Assembly (NCBI GenBank): GCA_048538235.1
Contig: JBLYPX010000001.1
Location: 136,013 to 200,012 of the forward strand
Direction of reading: 5' to 3'
Length of the DNA: 64,000 nt
Source of the DNA: Candidatus Komeilibacteria bacterium
GTDB taxonomy: Bacteria; Patescibacteriota; Patescibacteriia; UBA1558
The translations under genes were made by a program, and so were the position numbers. This document shows, one piece after another, positions 47,565 through 59,400 of the stretch. Each line of letters opens with the position of its first letter. The stretch's first letter is position 1. Under the pieces are notes generated by a model. That model did not search any database, was not told the origin of the DNA, and worked only from the letters and a program-made list of their open reading frames with translations.

Positions 47565-50486
47565 ATGCTTTTTTTAAAGCGTAAATACTTTATTAAAATG
47601 AGAACTGTTTTAGTGTTAGCTATGCTTTTTGTAACAGTTCTTTTTTTATTCCCTTCAGGTGTTTTAGCGTCAACAGACTTTGGTTTAGCTGATGCTAATC
47701 CAGGTTTAGGCGATACTGACTTAAAGCAAATTATAGTAAATATTATACAAATAGCATTAGGCTTTATTGGGCTTATTGCTGTTATTTTTATACTATATGC
47801 GGGTTTTGTTTGGATGACAGCTGGTGGGGCTGCAGATAAAGTAGATAAAGCTAAAAAAATATTAATAAGAGCAGCAATTGGATTAGTAATTGTATTATCC
47901 TCTTATGCTATAGCAACCTTTATATTTAATGCTATTGGTTGGTCAACTGGAATAGATATGGATGGAACTAGCAGGGATAGATCATATTATTATTCGGGTG
48001 GTTTAGCTGGCGGTGTTATTCAGTCTCATTATCCAGCTAGAGGAGCAACAGGTATTCCAAGAAATGTTTCTATTGTTGTTACTTTTAAAGAATCTATGGA
48101 TGCAGACTCTATCATCTCTGGCGGTCAGTTAACAGATAATATTACTATTGTAGATCAATTTGGAGATGAAGTAGCGGTTGCATCTGCTGAGACAGTGGAT
48201 AATTATTCCTTTTTAATAAACCCAACAGAGCCAGATTATTTAGGAACAGATGCAGATAATATTACCTATGTAGTAAGTTTGGGTTCAGGTATATTAAAGT
48301 CCAATGGAGATCCAGCTTTTGGCAATTTAGGTTCATATGAATGGCAATTTACAACCTCAACAGACTTAGATGTTTCTCCACCTAGAATAGTTTCTGTTTT
48401 ACCAGGGGATGCTAGTACTAATCCAAGAAATGCAGTTGTACAAATTAATTTTAATGAAGCAATTAATCCACTGAGTGTGGCTGGTGATACAGCCGATGGT
48501 TTTGATAATATTATTGCTAGTAATACAGATGGTACAGTTGTAATAAACGGTAAATATACTATTGCTAATGAGTATAAAACAGTTGAATTTTTAACAGATG
48601 ATTTATGTGGTACTAATTCTTGTGGCGGCGATGTATATTGTTTACCTGGTGCTGAGGAATTAGCCTTTAATGTTAAAGCTTCAACTTTAGAAGCAATTAT
48701 CTTTGATGGAGCTGTAGATATGGTTGGTAATTCTTTAGATGGTAATGCTGATGGTCAGGCTGAAGGTCCTGGCGTGGATGATTATGAATGGTCTTTTAAT
48801 ACAACAAATAATGTAGATTTAAGCCCACCTAGTGTTGTTTCTGTAACACCTGGAGTTTCTTCAAATAGTGTAAGCACAAGGGCTAATGTAAAAGTTTCTT
48901 TCGATAAATTAATGATGCTTTCTTCTTTAAACGCAGATTCTTTAATGATTGACCAAGGAGTTAATTATTGGATTAGTAGTACTAATAAAGAAAATCACAC
49001 AGAAAGCTATATTAAACATGATGAATTTGGTGAGTATGTAACATATAATCCACTAGTTACAAATGAGTGTAGAGATTTATACCAGAATTGTTTTAATCCA
49101 ACTTCTGGTCCTGGAGATTTTAGAATTGGTGGAGATGATACAGATAATACTTGGGCGGCCGGATCAAAACTTGGAGATATTAATGATACTCAAGTGCCCG
49201 GACAATTAAGATTAAATTTTAAAGGTGCAGATACTCCATATTTATGGGTAGCTAGGTCTAATTTAGATCAGGTTGTAAGGGTTAGTACAGCTGATGGTAG
49301 TATCACTGGTCCATATATAGTAGGAGATAATCCATCTAGAACATCTGTGGATTCTTATGGCAGAGTATGGGTAGCAAATAGGAATTCTAATGATATTACA
49401 GTTATTTTAACTGATGCGGAGGGAAATGAATTATTGAATGAAACCTTTTCAACTTCACCAGCTAATGGTCCAAGAGGTGTGGCTGTAGATATTAATAATG
49501 ATGTTTGGGTGGCAGGCGGGTGTTATGTAGTAAAGTTGAGTGGTCAAACAAATACTTTAGGAGACAGATTAACCTATTTAAATAAACAGGGTGGTTGTCG
49601 TGCTTATGGAGCGGTTATAGATCGTGATGGACGCTTATGGATACCAGATAGAAATACTGGTAGAGGTTCTGTAATAGATACAGAAACAGCTACAGTAATT
49701 GCTACACCTATGATTGGAAGAGTTGGTCAGTTGTATGGGATAACAGCTGATCCAGATGGAAATATTTGGGAGGCAAATTCGTGGGGTGCGTCAACAGTGT
49801 CAAAGGTTGATGGTTCAGATTATAGCTATGTTGAGTATAGTACTGGTGGTGGTGCACCAAGAGGTGTGGCTGTAGATAAGAATGGCAATATTTGGGTTAC
49901 GAATTGGAGCTTGAATAAAGTTGCGCATTTACGACCAGACGGTACTCTAATAGATCTCTATCCAACAGGTAGTGGGCCACTTGGTGTTTCAGCAGATGCG
50001 GATGGATATGTTTGGGTGGTGAATTATAGTGGTGGTGGACCAGCACCAAGAAACTATACTAATTGTTCTGGTGGAACAACTACAAAATATGATATGGAAG
50101 ATGGTACTCCTATTGGCACATATTGTGTTGGTGGCAATCCTTATACATATAGCGACATGACTGGTTTTGGCTACCAGAGTGTAGTAAAGGGATTAGTAAG
50201 TGGCGAGTGGACATCAAGTGCTATTGATTTGGAAGGTTTATCTAGTGTGGGTGGATTATTTATTCATGGTGATATCCCAGTTGGAGCGAGTGTTAAAATG
50301 CAGGCTAGAGGAGCTGGTTCACAAGCGGGTCTTGCTGAAACCACTTGGCAGGATGTTGCTAGTGATGGAACAGTTAGTATTACAAATGTTTCTTGGTTGC
50401 AGATAAAGCTAGAGCTGCAGTCTGTTCGTATCAATGTGACGCCATCAATAAATTATATAAGTATCAATAAAATAAGCTTAGAATAA
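47565..50486 (+). CDS. Giant surface protein 1 (973 aa): N-terminal T4SS-pilin-like (VirB2/TrbC-like) two-helix module, Ig-like domains, and a C-terminal six-bladed beta-propeller (Vgb-lyase/NHL-like repeats)
   Basis: Signal peptide ...VLA|STDFG. Hairpin helices 'IALGFIGLIAVIFILYAGFVWMTAGG' and 'AIGLVIVLSSYAIATFIF' separated by 'AADKVDKAKKILIR'. 'SPPRIVSV/ SPPSVVSV' Big-like domains. Repeats such as 'PRGVAVDxNGNIWVTN' and 'GITADPDGNIWEAN'. Start may be M at 47598. Confidence 0.65.
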   Translation: MLFLKRKYFIKMRTVLVLAMLFVTVLFLFPSGVLASTDFGLADANPGLGDTDLKQIIVNIIQIALGFIGLIAVIFILYAGFVWMTAGGAADKVDKAKKILIRAAIGLVIVLSSYAIATFIFNAIGWSTGIDMDGTSRDRSYYYSGGLAGGVIQSHYPARGATGIPRNVSIVVTFKESMDADSIISGGQLTDNITIVDQFGDEVAVASAETVDNYSFLINPTEPDYLGTDADNITYVVSLGSGILKSNGDPAFGNLGSYEWQFTTSTDLDVSPPRIVSVLPGDASTNPRNAVVQINFNEAINPLSVAGDTADGFDNIIASNTDGTVVINGKYTIANEYKTVEFLTDDLCGTNSCGGDVYCLPGAEELAFNVKASTLEAIIFDGAVDMVGNSLDGNADGQAEGPGVDDYEWSFNTTNNVDLSPPSVVSVTPGVSSNSVSTRANVKVSFDKLMMLSSLNADSLMIDQGVNYWISSTNKENHTESYIKHDEFGEYVTYNPLVTNECRDLYQNCFNPTSGPGDFRIGGDDTDNTWAAGSKLGDINDTQVPGQLRLNFKGADTPYLWVARSNLDQVVRVSTADGSITGPYIVGDNPSRTSVDSYGRVWVANRNSNDITVILTDAEGNELLNETFSTSPANGPRGVAVDINNDVWVAGGCYVVKLSGQTNTLGDRLTYLNKQGGCRAYGAVIDRDGRLWIPDRNTGRGSVIDTETATVIATPMIGRVGQLYGITADPDGNIWEANSWGASTVSKVDGSDYSYVEYSTGGGAPRGVAVDKNGNIWVTNWSLNKVAHLRPDGTLIDLYPTGSGPLGVSADADGYVWVVNYSGGGPAPRNYTNCSGGTTTKYDMEDGTPIGTYCVGGNPYTYSDMTGFGYQSVVKGLVSGEWTSSAIDLEGLSSVGGLFIHGDIPVGASVKMQARGAGSQAGLAETTWQDVASDGTVSITNVSWLQIKLELQSVRINVTPSINYISINKISLE

Positions 50487-53400
50487 TGAATAAACGTTAT
50501 TCAAAATATATAGTCCCAGTTATCACAATCATTTTATTAATGGTTCCTTTTGCTATATTCGCTTCTACAGATTTTGGTATATCTGATGTAGATGTTGGAC
50601 TAGGGGATAATGATGTAAAAAGTATTGCAACGAATATAATAAGTATAGTTTTAAGTTTTTTGGGTATTATTGCAGTTGGTTTTGTTATTTATGCTGGATT
50701 TCTATGGATGACAGCTGGTGGTAATGCAGACAGAGTAGATAAAGCTAAAAAGATTTTAATAAGAGCGGCTATTGGTATAGTTATTATTTTATCCTCTTAT
50801 GCAATTGCTAGTTTTGTAATAAGTAGTATTAGTGGTGCTACGGGCGATGGTACTGATGGAACGGGTGGTACAAATCCTCCAGGTGGTGGCTTTGGTGGAG
50901 GAGAAGCTAATTTAATTATTAGAAATTGGCAACCATATGATGGTGCTACTGGCACAGCTAGAAATATATTAGTAAGAGTATATTTTAATAAAACAATAGA
51001 CGCGTCTTCTGTAGCAAGTAGTGATTTTACTTTTACTAATACTTCAAATAATACAGCAGTTAATTTTAATGTTACTGTTGTTGGAAGTCGTATAGATATT
51101 CAACCTTTAATTGCTTGTGAGGTTGAAGGAGTGGATTATTGTTTAGGCAATACTCAGGGTTATACAGTAAGTGTAGCTAATGGTTCAATTACATCGCTTG
51201 ATAACAAAGATTTAGTATGTACTACTGGTTGTTCAACAGATTTTGTTACTAGTGATTATATTGATGTTATGCCACCAGTTGTTTCACTGGTTAACCCACA
51301 AGATAATGATACATTTTCTGTAGCTGCTAATGTACCAATTGAAGCCCAAGCAACGGATGATAGAGGTATGGTAGCAGCCCTAACATTTTTAGCAGACAAT
51401 GAAGAAGTTTTGCCAGAGGGCACAGATGGTGCTGAGCCTTGGTTAGGATTGTTTAGTACCGCTGCATATGATGAGGGGGATAGTATAGATATTAGTGCAG
51501 TAGCAGAAGATTTAAGTGGTAATATTGGCAGATCAGGGGCAGTAGATATTCGCATACTCCCTGAGCACTGTTTTAACCAAACTAAAGATGCTGATGAAAC
51601 AAATATAGATTGTGGTGGTTCTTGTGGAGCTTGTTTAGGGGAGAGTTGTAATAGTAGTTCGGGTGTAGATAGTTGTGAACCAAATGATGCCTTGTGTGGT
51701 CAGGGAGTGTGCAATTTAGATTGCATCTGTGCTTCAGCTCCAATAATAACAAATATATCTCCAGACAATGGTGCAGTTGGTAATTATATAACTATAATTG
51801 GCGAAGAATTTGGTAGTTCAACCGGTCAGGTTGTTTTCTTAGGCAGTGCTGATTTTGGCGATGAGATTGTCTCTTCATTAGCAGGTTGTGATACAGCATG
51901 GTCACCATGGCAAGTAATTGTTGAAGTTCCAGAAGGTGTAGTATCTGGGGGAATAAAGATAATTACGAATTCAGGAAGTTTTGACACCACTTTAGATGAT
52001 AGAGGTTGGCAAGGAGATTTTACACTAAACGAAACTGTTAGACCGGGTATTTGTGGAATTACACCAGAAGCTGGCACAGCTTTAAGTACTGTTGATATAG
52101 CTGGTACGCAGTTTGACGAAAGTAAAGACAGGGTTGTTATTGGTGGTGTTAGCGTTTCTAATTCAGATATATCTTTATGGTCAAATAATAATATCACTTC
52201 CTTGGTTCCAAATTTACAACAAGGGAAAGTATCTGTTGCAGTTGGTGTGGGAGATGAATTAAGTAATCCAGTTCAATATGAAGTTGTTCCAGATATATTA
52301 GTTCCATCTATATCATATATAGAGCCAGATAATGGACCAGTTGGTACATATATTACTATTCACGGAAATAATTTTGGGTATAATGAGTCAAATGTATTAG
52401 TTAATTTTGTTAATAATAGTACTACTATCCCAGCAGATATAGATTTCCCAGAAATGTGTGGAGATTACTCTGTGGAGAATACAGAGATTGTGGTTAAGGT
52501 TCCAGAGGGTGTTACTTTAGGATTATGGAATGTAGTTGTAAATAGAGATTTGAAAGATAGCCAACCAGCAAGTTTTGATGTTAATGAAGACGTGCTGTCT
52601 CCAGGTCTTTGTTTATTAGAGCCAAATAATGGTCCAGTTGGAACTATTATTGATGCTTATGGAGAAGGTTTTGGTTCAACTGGTCAGATTTCCTTTTTCG
52701 ATAATATAATAGCCGCTATTAGTAATTGGACAGGCATACATATTGGTTCTCAAGTTCCAGCAGCAGCTAGTACTGGTCCTGTACAAGTTACATCTGGATC
52801 TGGTGGAGTATCTAATTCAATTAATTTTGCAGTTGGTAGTTGTGATGCTAATAGTTGCTCAGTGGGTGATGAGTGTTGTTCAGATGGTATTTGTCGTGAA
52901 ATTGGCTTATGTGAACAATCTCTTGGTGCTGGTGAATATATTTGGTCATTTACAACTGGTCAACAATTACCACCATTTATAGTAGAAGAAGTTTGGCCAT
53001 TATGTGATGAAGCTTGTATTAATACAATGATCGGTGTGAAGTTTAGTAATCCAGTAGATTTAGAAAGTCTGACAGATATTAGCGTAGACGTTAAACAATG
53101 TACAGATGAGAATTGTTCAGCTTTTGTTACAGAAGTTGGTTATACAGAAAATGATGTACCAGTTGGCTATTATGATGACACAAACTATATCCTAAGCATT
53201 AACCCATCTGCAAATTTAGTGCCACAAACATATTATAGGGTGGTGCTTAAATCTGGATCATTAGGAATCGTTAACACAGAAGGTGGTTATTTAGAAAATA
53301 TGAATTATTCAAGTTCAGGTGGTGAGGTAGATAGTTATTCTTGGATTTTTAGAACAGGTGTTGATGAGTGTACTTTAGATAATGTAGAAGTTTTACCAGA

Positions 53401-56400
53401 TGAACGTACTATTACTTCTCAGGAAGAAAGATTAAATATGTCTGCTTATGCATATTCTGAGCCAGATGATTGCTCTCCTCGTGGTCAAATGCTTGATCCT
53501 GCAGAATTTGCTTGGACATGGCAATCTACAAATGTAGGTACAGCAACAGTAGCCGGAACTTTGAATGAGGGAATAGTAACTCCTATTTGGGGTCATCCAG
53601 CAGATGTAAGTATTATTTCTACAGCCGACGGTGTTAGTGGTAATGCTCAAATTACTGTAGATATGGATATTCCAAGAATAGATAATATATCTCCAGATAA
53701 TGGAATGATTCAGGCTGACTTAAAAACTTATGTAACTGTACATGGAGATAATTTTGGAGACGAGCAAGGTTCTACAGTTGTTCTAGTGGGTGGCATTGAG
53801 GCAAAGATTGCAGATTGTTCAAGTGCTTGGTCAAATACACAAATAGTAATTGAAATGCCATTATCTACTAGCACTGGAGATAGAATTAAAATAATAAAAA
53901 CAGGTGGGGATGATGAATCAGATCCTTTTACTGTTAATAGTATTATTCGTCCAGCGCTTTGTAGTATAGATCCAAATTATGGAATAGAGGGAACAAGCGT
54001 TACTCTAGAAGGATATAATTTTGGGGATACACAAAATGATGGCATGGTTTTCTTTGATCAATTAGGAGTAGATAGTATAAGTAGTTGGTCAAACACTAAG
54101 ATAAAAGCATCTGTACCAGCTAATGCTGCTACAGGTCCGGTTACAGTTAATGTGTTAGGCAATGATTCAAATTCATTAGTCTTTTCTTTAGAACCATATA
54201 TTAGTGGTCTAAATCCAGACAATGGAGCAGTAGATAGTTATGTCACAGTTTACGGTGGTAATTTTGGTGACGAGCAGGGTAGCGGTTATGTATTAATTGG
54301 TGGTCGAAGAGCATATCTTGCCCCATGTTTAGGCAGCTGGTCTAATACAAGTATTATTGTTCAAGTGCCAAGTAGTTTAAGTCTTGGTAATAGGAAGGTT
54401 CAAGTTATTACACATTATGGCATTGGTAGTAATGAGGTAAATTATGAGGTAAAAGATGTTCCAGCTAATCCACTATTATGTGAAGTTAATCCTAATTGGG
54501 CTGCTAATAATGAGCAGGTTGGTTTATTAGGAGATAATTTAGGTAGAGCTCCTCGTTTATCTGATCAAATAGAAGTAGATACAGATTTGGGAGCAAGTTA
54601 CACAAATTCTTCTGGTAATTCATGCATGAGTAATAATGGTTCATATGTAAGTGGTTGTTCAAATTATTGGGTTGAGTACCAGTTCAATTTTACAGATAGT
54701 AATTATTATAATGCTTGGGCAGAAACCAGTAATTATAGTACAGATTTAACGGATCAAAGTATTTACCACAACGTTAATATATATATTGATGGCACATACG
54801 CTGGTTATTTTAGTAATATAGCTTCCCTTGATCATCAGTTTGGTGGCGTAGATTTAGGTTGGGTAAATGCTGGTGTTCATACAATTAGATATTATTGGAC
54901 AAATGATTGGTGTGGTGGTTGTAGTAATGGAACGGGGGATTCAAATATTAGGATTTACAATGTTGGTATTAATACAGGAATACCAACTAGCTACCCAGTG
55001 TTTACAAGAAACTACACAGCTTCTACTGAGGGTTGGTCAAACAGTAGTGTGTTAACACGTATAGATAGTGAAATACAGTCTGGTCCAGTTTCTGTTATTA
55101 AAGAAGTGGTTACTGGCCAGCAGTGCGCTGGCTTCCATATTGGTAGTTGGTGTCCAGGAGGCGTTTATGAAGATATTACAGAGAATATTGAAAGTAATAG
55201 TGTAGATTTTAATAAAGGATGTGTAATTGGAACAACTTCATCTCGAGAAGAAAATTATATTCCAACTGTTGCTGCTAATAGCGAAGCTGTTGGTACATTA
55301 GCAACCGATGGTACATATATCTATGGTAAGAGTTGGAGTAGTTATGATGAGTATGATGTAGTTATATCTAAGATAGGTACTGGTTATAATAATACAGTAC
55401 TGGGAGAAGACTATGGAGATTTAGCAATAGTTTCTAGCAGTATTACCATGACTTATCATCCAGATGGTTATATATACAATGGTTATTCATCAGATGGTCA
55501 TAGTTTACAGCGTATAAATGTTGCTACTGGGGTTGTAGATAACAGTGTTGTGATTACAGATGGTTTATTAAACAGAAATACTGGTAATACTTATTCAGAG
55601 GCTAGGGGTGACAACTTAGTAACCTCAGACGGAACATATATATATAATTTAGCGTTTGGAACCCATGCTTGTCCAAATAATTATTCTAGTCGCTGTTATG
55701 ATGGATTTAAAGTAAGGGTATTTGATCCAATGAATAATTGGAAGTTAGTTAGAGAGTGGGAAACAACTACAAATGGATCTTTTTATACCGATGGTATTGT
55801 AGCTGATGGTAAATATATTTACGCCATTGAGTGGGGTGGTTTACATAGAATACGTATGATGGATATTCAGACTGGTGAATATATTGCTCAGTGGATATCT
55901 GAACAAGGCAGGCCAACTGGTCAGGGTAATGATATTATTTCTGGTCAGTATGATTGGGTTAATGACAGAATATGGCTAGGTGATTTGGTTGATCATAGTA
56001 GATATCCTGGCCCAGCTTATATATATAAATATACTAGCTGTCACGACTATGACGTGAATGACATTATAATAGAGGATGAAGGTTATTGTGGAGATGGACT
56101 CATTGCTTCAGGCGAAACTTGTGATGACGGCAATACTGTAAGCGGGGATGGCTGTTCTAATGTTTGTGAGATAGAATTAAGTGATCTTCAGGCAGATATT
56201 AATTATGAGGTTGGTTGGAAATATTGGAGTAGTAATAATTGGGTCCATGTAGATTTTAGAGATACATATTCAAATCCAGTTTTGATACTAAGTCCAGTTA
56301 AACACGAAGGTGGTGACACTGCTACCTTTAGAATAAAGAATTTATCTAGTTCTGGTTTTGATTTTAGATTACAAGAATCTAATAGTCATGATGATCCTCA

Positions 56401-59400
56401 TTGTTGTGATAAAGAAGTCTATTATTTTGTAGCTGAAGCAGGTGTTTATCAATTAGAAGGCGGTATAACAATTGAAGCTATGAATACTGTTCTTGATTCA
56501 GTTACACCAAATTATACTCAGCTTCCTTATGATATTGAATTTACAGAAGTTCCTACAACATTATCTCAGGTAATTACAAGTGGTGATGGCAATGATCCTA
56601 ATTTTGATCCAAAAGGAACTATTAATTATATAAAGACAAGACAGAATAATGTTTCGGCTAATAGTTTTTATATTGCTTTAGAAACAGACACTACTTATTC
56701 AACTCATGTACCAGAAACAGTAAGTTGGTTAGCCATAACTCAAACAGATGGCAATTTAAATAATAGTTTATTTGAATCAAAAACTATTAATAATCTTATT
56801 AATAATGACACTTCAAATATTACTTTTGATAATTCTTTTGCTAGACCAACATTTTTTGCAAATAGTTTAACTATAAATGATCCAGCTCCTGGTGTTTTAC
56901 GATGGATAGCTCTAGAACCTACATCGGTTGGTGTGCGTTTTGAGAATGATGACAGTTCTATTCACGCAACTCCAGAAGATATTAATTATTTAGTTATTAA
57001 TCTACCCGAGAATATTGATCCACCAGCACCAGATACATGTGGTAATGGCGAAATTGAAGCTGGTGAAACTTGTGATAGTTGTCCAGACGATGTTGGCGAA
57101 TGTAGTGATAGTGATTTGTGTGGAAACTTTAGTTTAGACACTGGTGAAGCTTGTGATATTAGTGAAGTTGGTGATCCAATATTAGGTGGACAGACTTGTG
57201 ATTCTTTAGAAGGTTTTTCTGGTGGTAACTTAGATTGTTCTGTGAATTGTGAATTAATAACAGATGCATGTGTTATTGGTAATCCAGCAAGTAATATTTG
57301 TTTAAACACAGAGATATCTGCTGAATTTGATTCATTAATGGATCAAAGTAGCTTTGCCGGTAATGTTCATTTTGAAAAGGTCACTAATACTTGTGAGACA
57401 GGTTCAAATATTGGCAATGCGTGTGATACAGACGAAGATTGTGGTGATGGTGTTTGTGATCTAGATGTAGTAGTTAGTTATGATTTAGAGAATTTGCCAC
57501 CAAATGATTCTCAATACTCAAAGTTATATATATATCCAGAAAATGGTCTATTAGATATTAATTCTGAATACAGAGCAACAGTAAGGGGTGGAACTAGTGG
57601 TGTTCAAGATATTGAAGGTTATACTTTAGCTGCGGATTATGTTTGGCCATTCTATACTGGAGATACAGAGTGTTTAATAAGTAGAGTGGAAATTGAACCA
57701 AGTAGTTATCAATTTAATAGTGCAGATGAAATAGTTAACTTCACAGTTCATGGATATGATGAAAATGGTATTTCTGTTATAGGAGATTATTCATGGAGTA
57801 TTCAAGGTAATGCAGATTTATTAAATATAGTTGGAGGAAATACCCAGACTGTACAAGTTTCCCCAACAGATACTGGTAATGGTGAGTTAAGTTTAGAAGC
57901 TAGTGTATATGCTAGCGAAGATTCACAAGGTGTGGCTCAAGCTCCAATAGATATATTTATGTGTAATATACCGTGGAATTATGAGAATAAAACATATAAC
58001 TTTAAGACAAGATATTGTAGGGGTGAAGGTGTAAACCATGTATATAATAGTGGTTTTGAAATGGATGATAACAGCGACTTAAGACCAGATGTTTGGTTTG
58101 ATGATATCTATGATGAAGATTGGCAGGATATTTCTTTAGTAAGTTCAGATTTAGAAGGTGGTGGAAATTATGCTGTGCAAATAAATAATTTACAGGACGA
58201 TCGTTCTGTAGGAGATAGAACAGGTATTGCTTCAGGAATAATAGATGTTAAAGATGCTATCTATACTTTATCTGCTCAGATTAAGGGTGAAACTAATGGT
58301 CAATTAGCATATTTTGGTCTTAAATTTATGAATGAAAATGGTCAGGCACTTGGCGGAAACGGTGGCTACCATTATCCAGTACTTAACCACGCTTCAATAT
58401 CTGATGAATGGACATTGTATAGTGCTAGTTTTAGGCCATCTGAATTATTTACTGGTACTGAGAAGGTTCAGGTTGTATTTATTCTTGCAGGTAGTGATGA
58501 ATTAGATAAACATGTAGCCTGGATAGATAATGTTCAATTAGAGTTAGGTTCAGAAGTTAGTGTTTATGAAGAATCTAATTTATTACCATCATTAAATATA
58601 TCTCCAGATGCTGCTTCTGGTGATGAGCTGCTAAATAGATTGTTCTTACAATCTGACTACAATATTCCAGATGCCATTGGTTTAAGAGTGTTTACTAACT
58701 TTGAACACCAAGCACCAATTGTTTGGTATCAAGATAATGTTACGAATATTGGTAATCCAGCTACTATAGATGTTGGCGGTTATTCAGCATTACAAGAGGG
58801 TAGAACAACTTATGTGAATGCTGCTAATAATAGTAGTAATAATATTTATACAAACATATTTGTTTTGTCATATACAGATGGTGCTAATGCAACTACGCAA
58901 GATATATTTACTCAGATGTACGAGAATTGGACGTTCAATAGTAATATAGATTCATATTATGAGAAACAACAACTCGCTAGAGACACAAAACGTTTTGAGA
59001 ATATTGTTCAAATGTCTGAGCAATTAGACGATTATTATCAATTAAATGGTGGTTATCCTCAATTACAGGCAGGGACATATTTAGCTGGTACAACAGTTTC
59101 TGTTTGGGATTCTTGGAACGCTACTTTTGGTGCAGAGCTTGGTGGTGTGCCAGTAGATCCAATCAATGAACATGGATTATGTAATGGTGCATACGATCCA
59201 ATAACCTGTTGGAATCCAGACGATTTGCGTTATGTTTGCCCATTAAACTCCTATGTTTACAGATATGACTATGTAAATTCGGATTATTATCTATATAGTA
59301 ATTTTGAATATGAAGGGGTTGTTTGGAAGGGAGATTTTGATTTGACCATAGCTAGTAATCCGCAGTGCGATAATGTAATTTTAAACAATGGTGTTATGTC

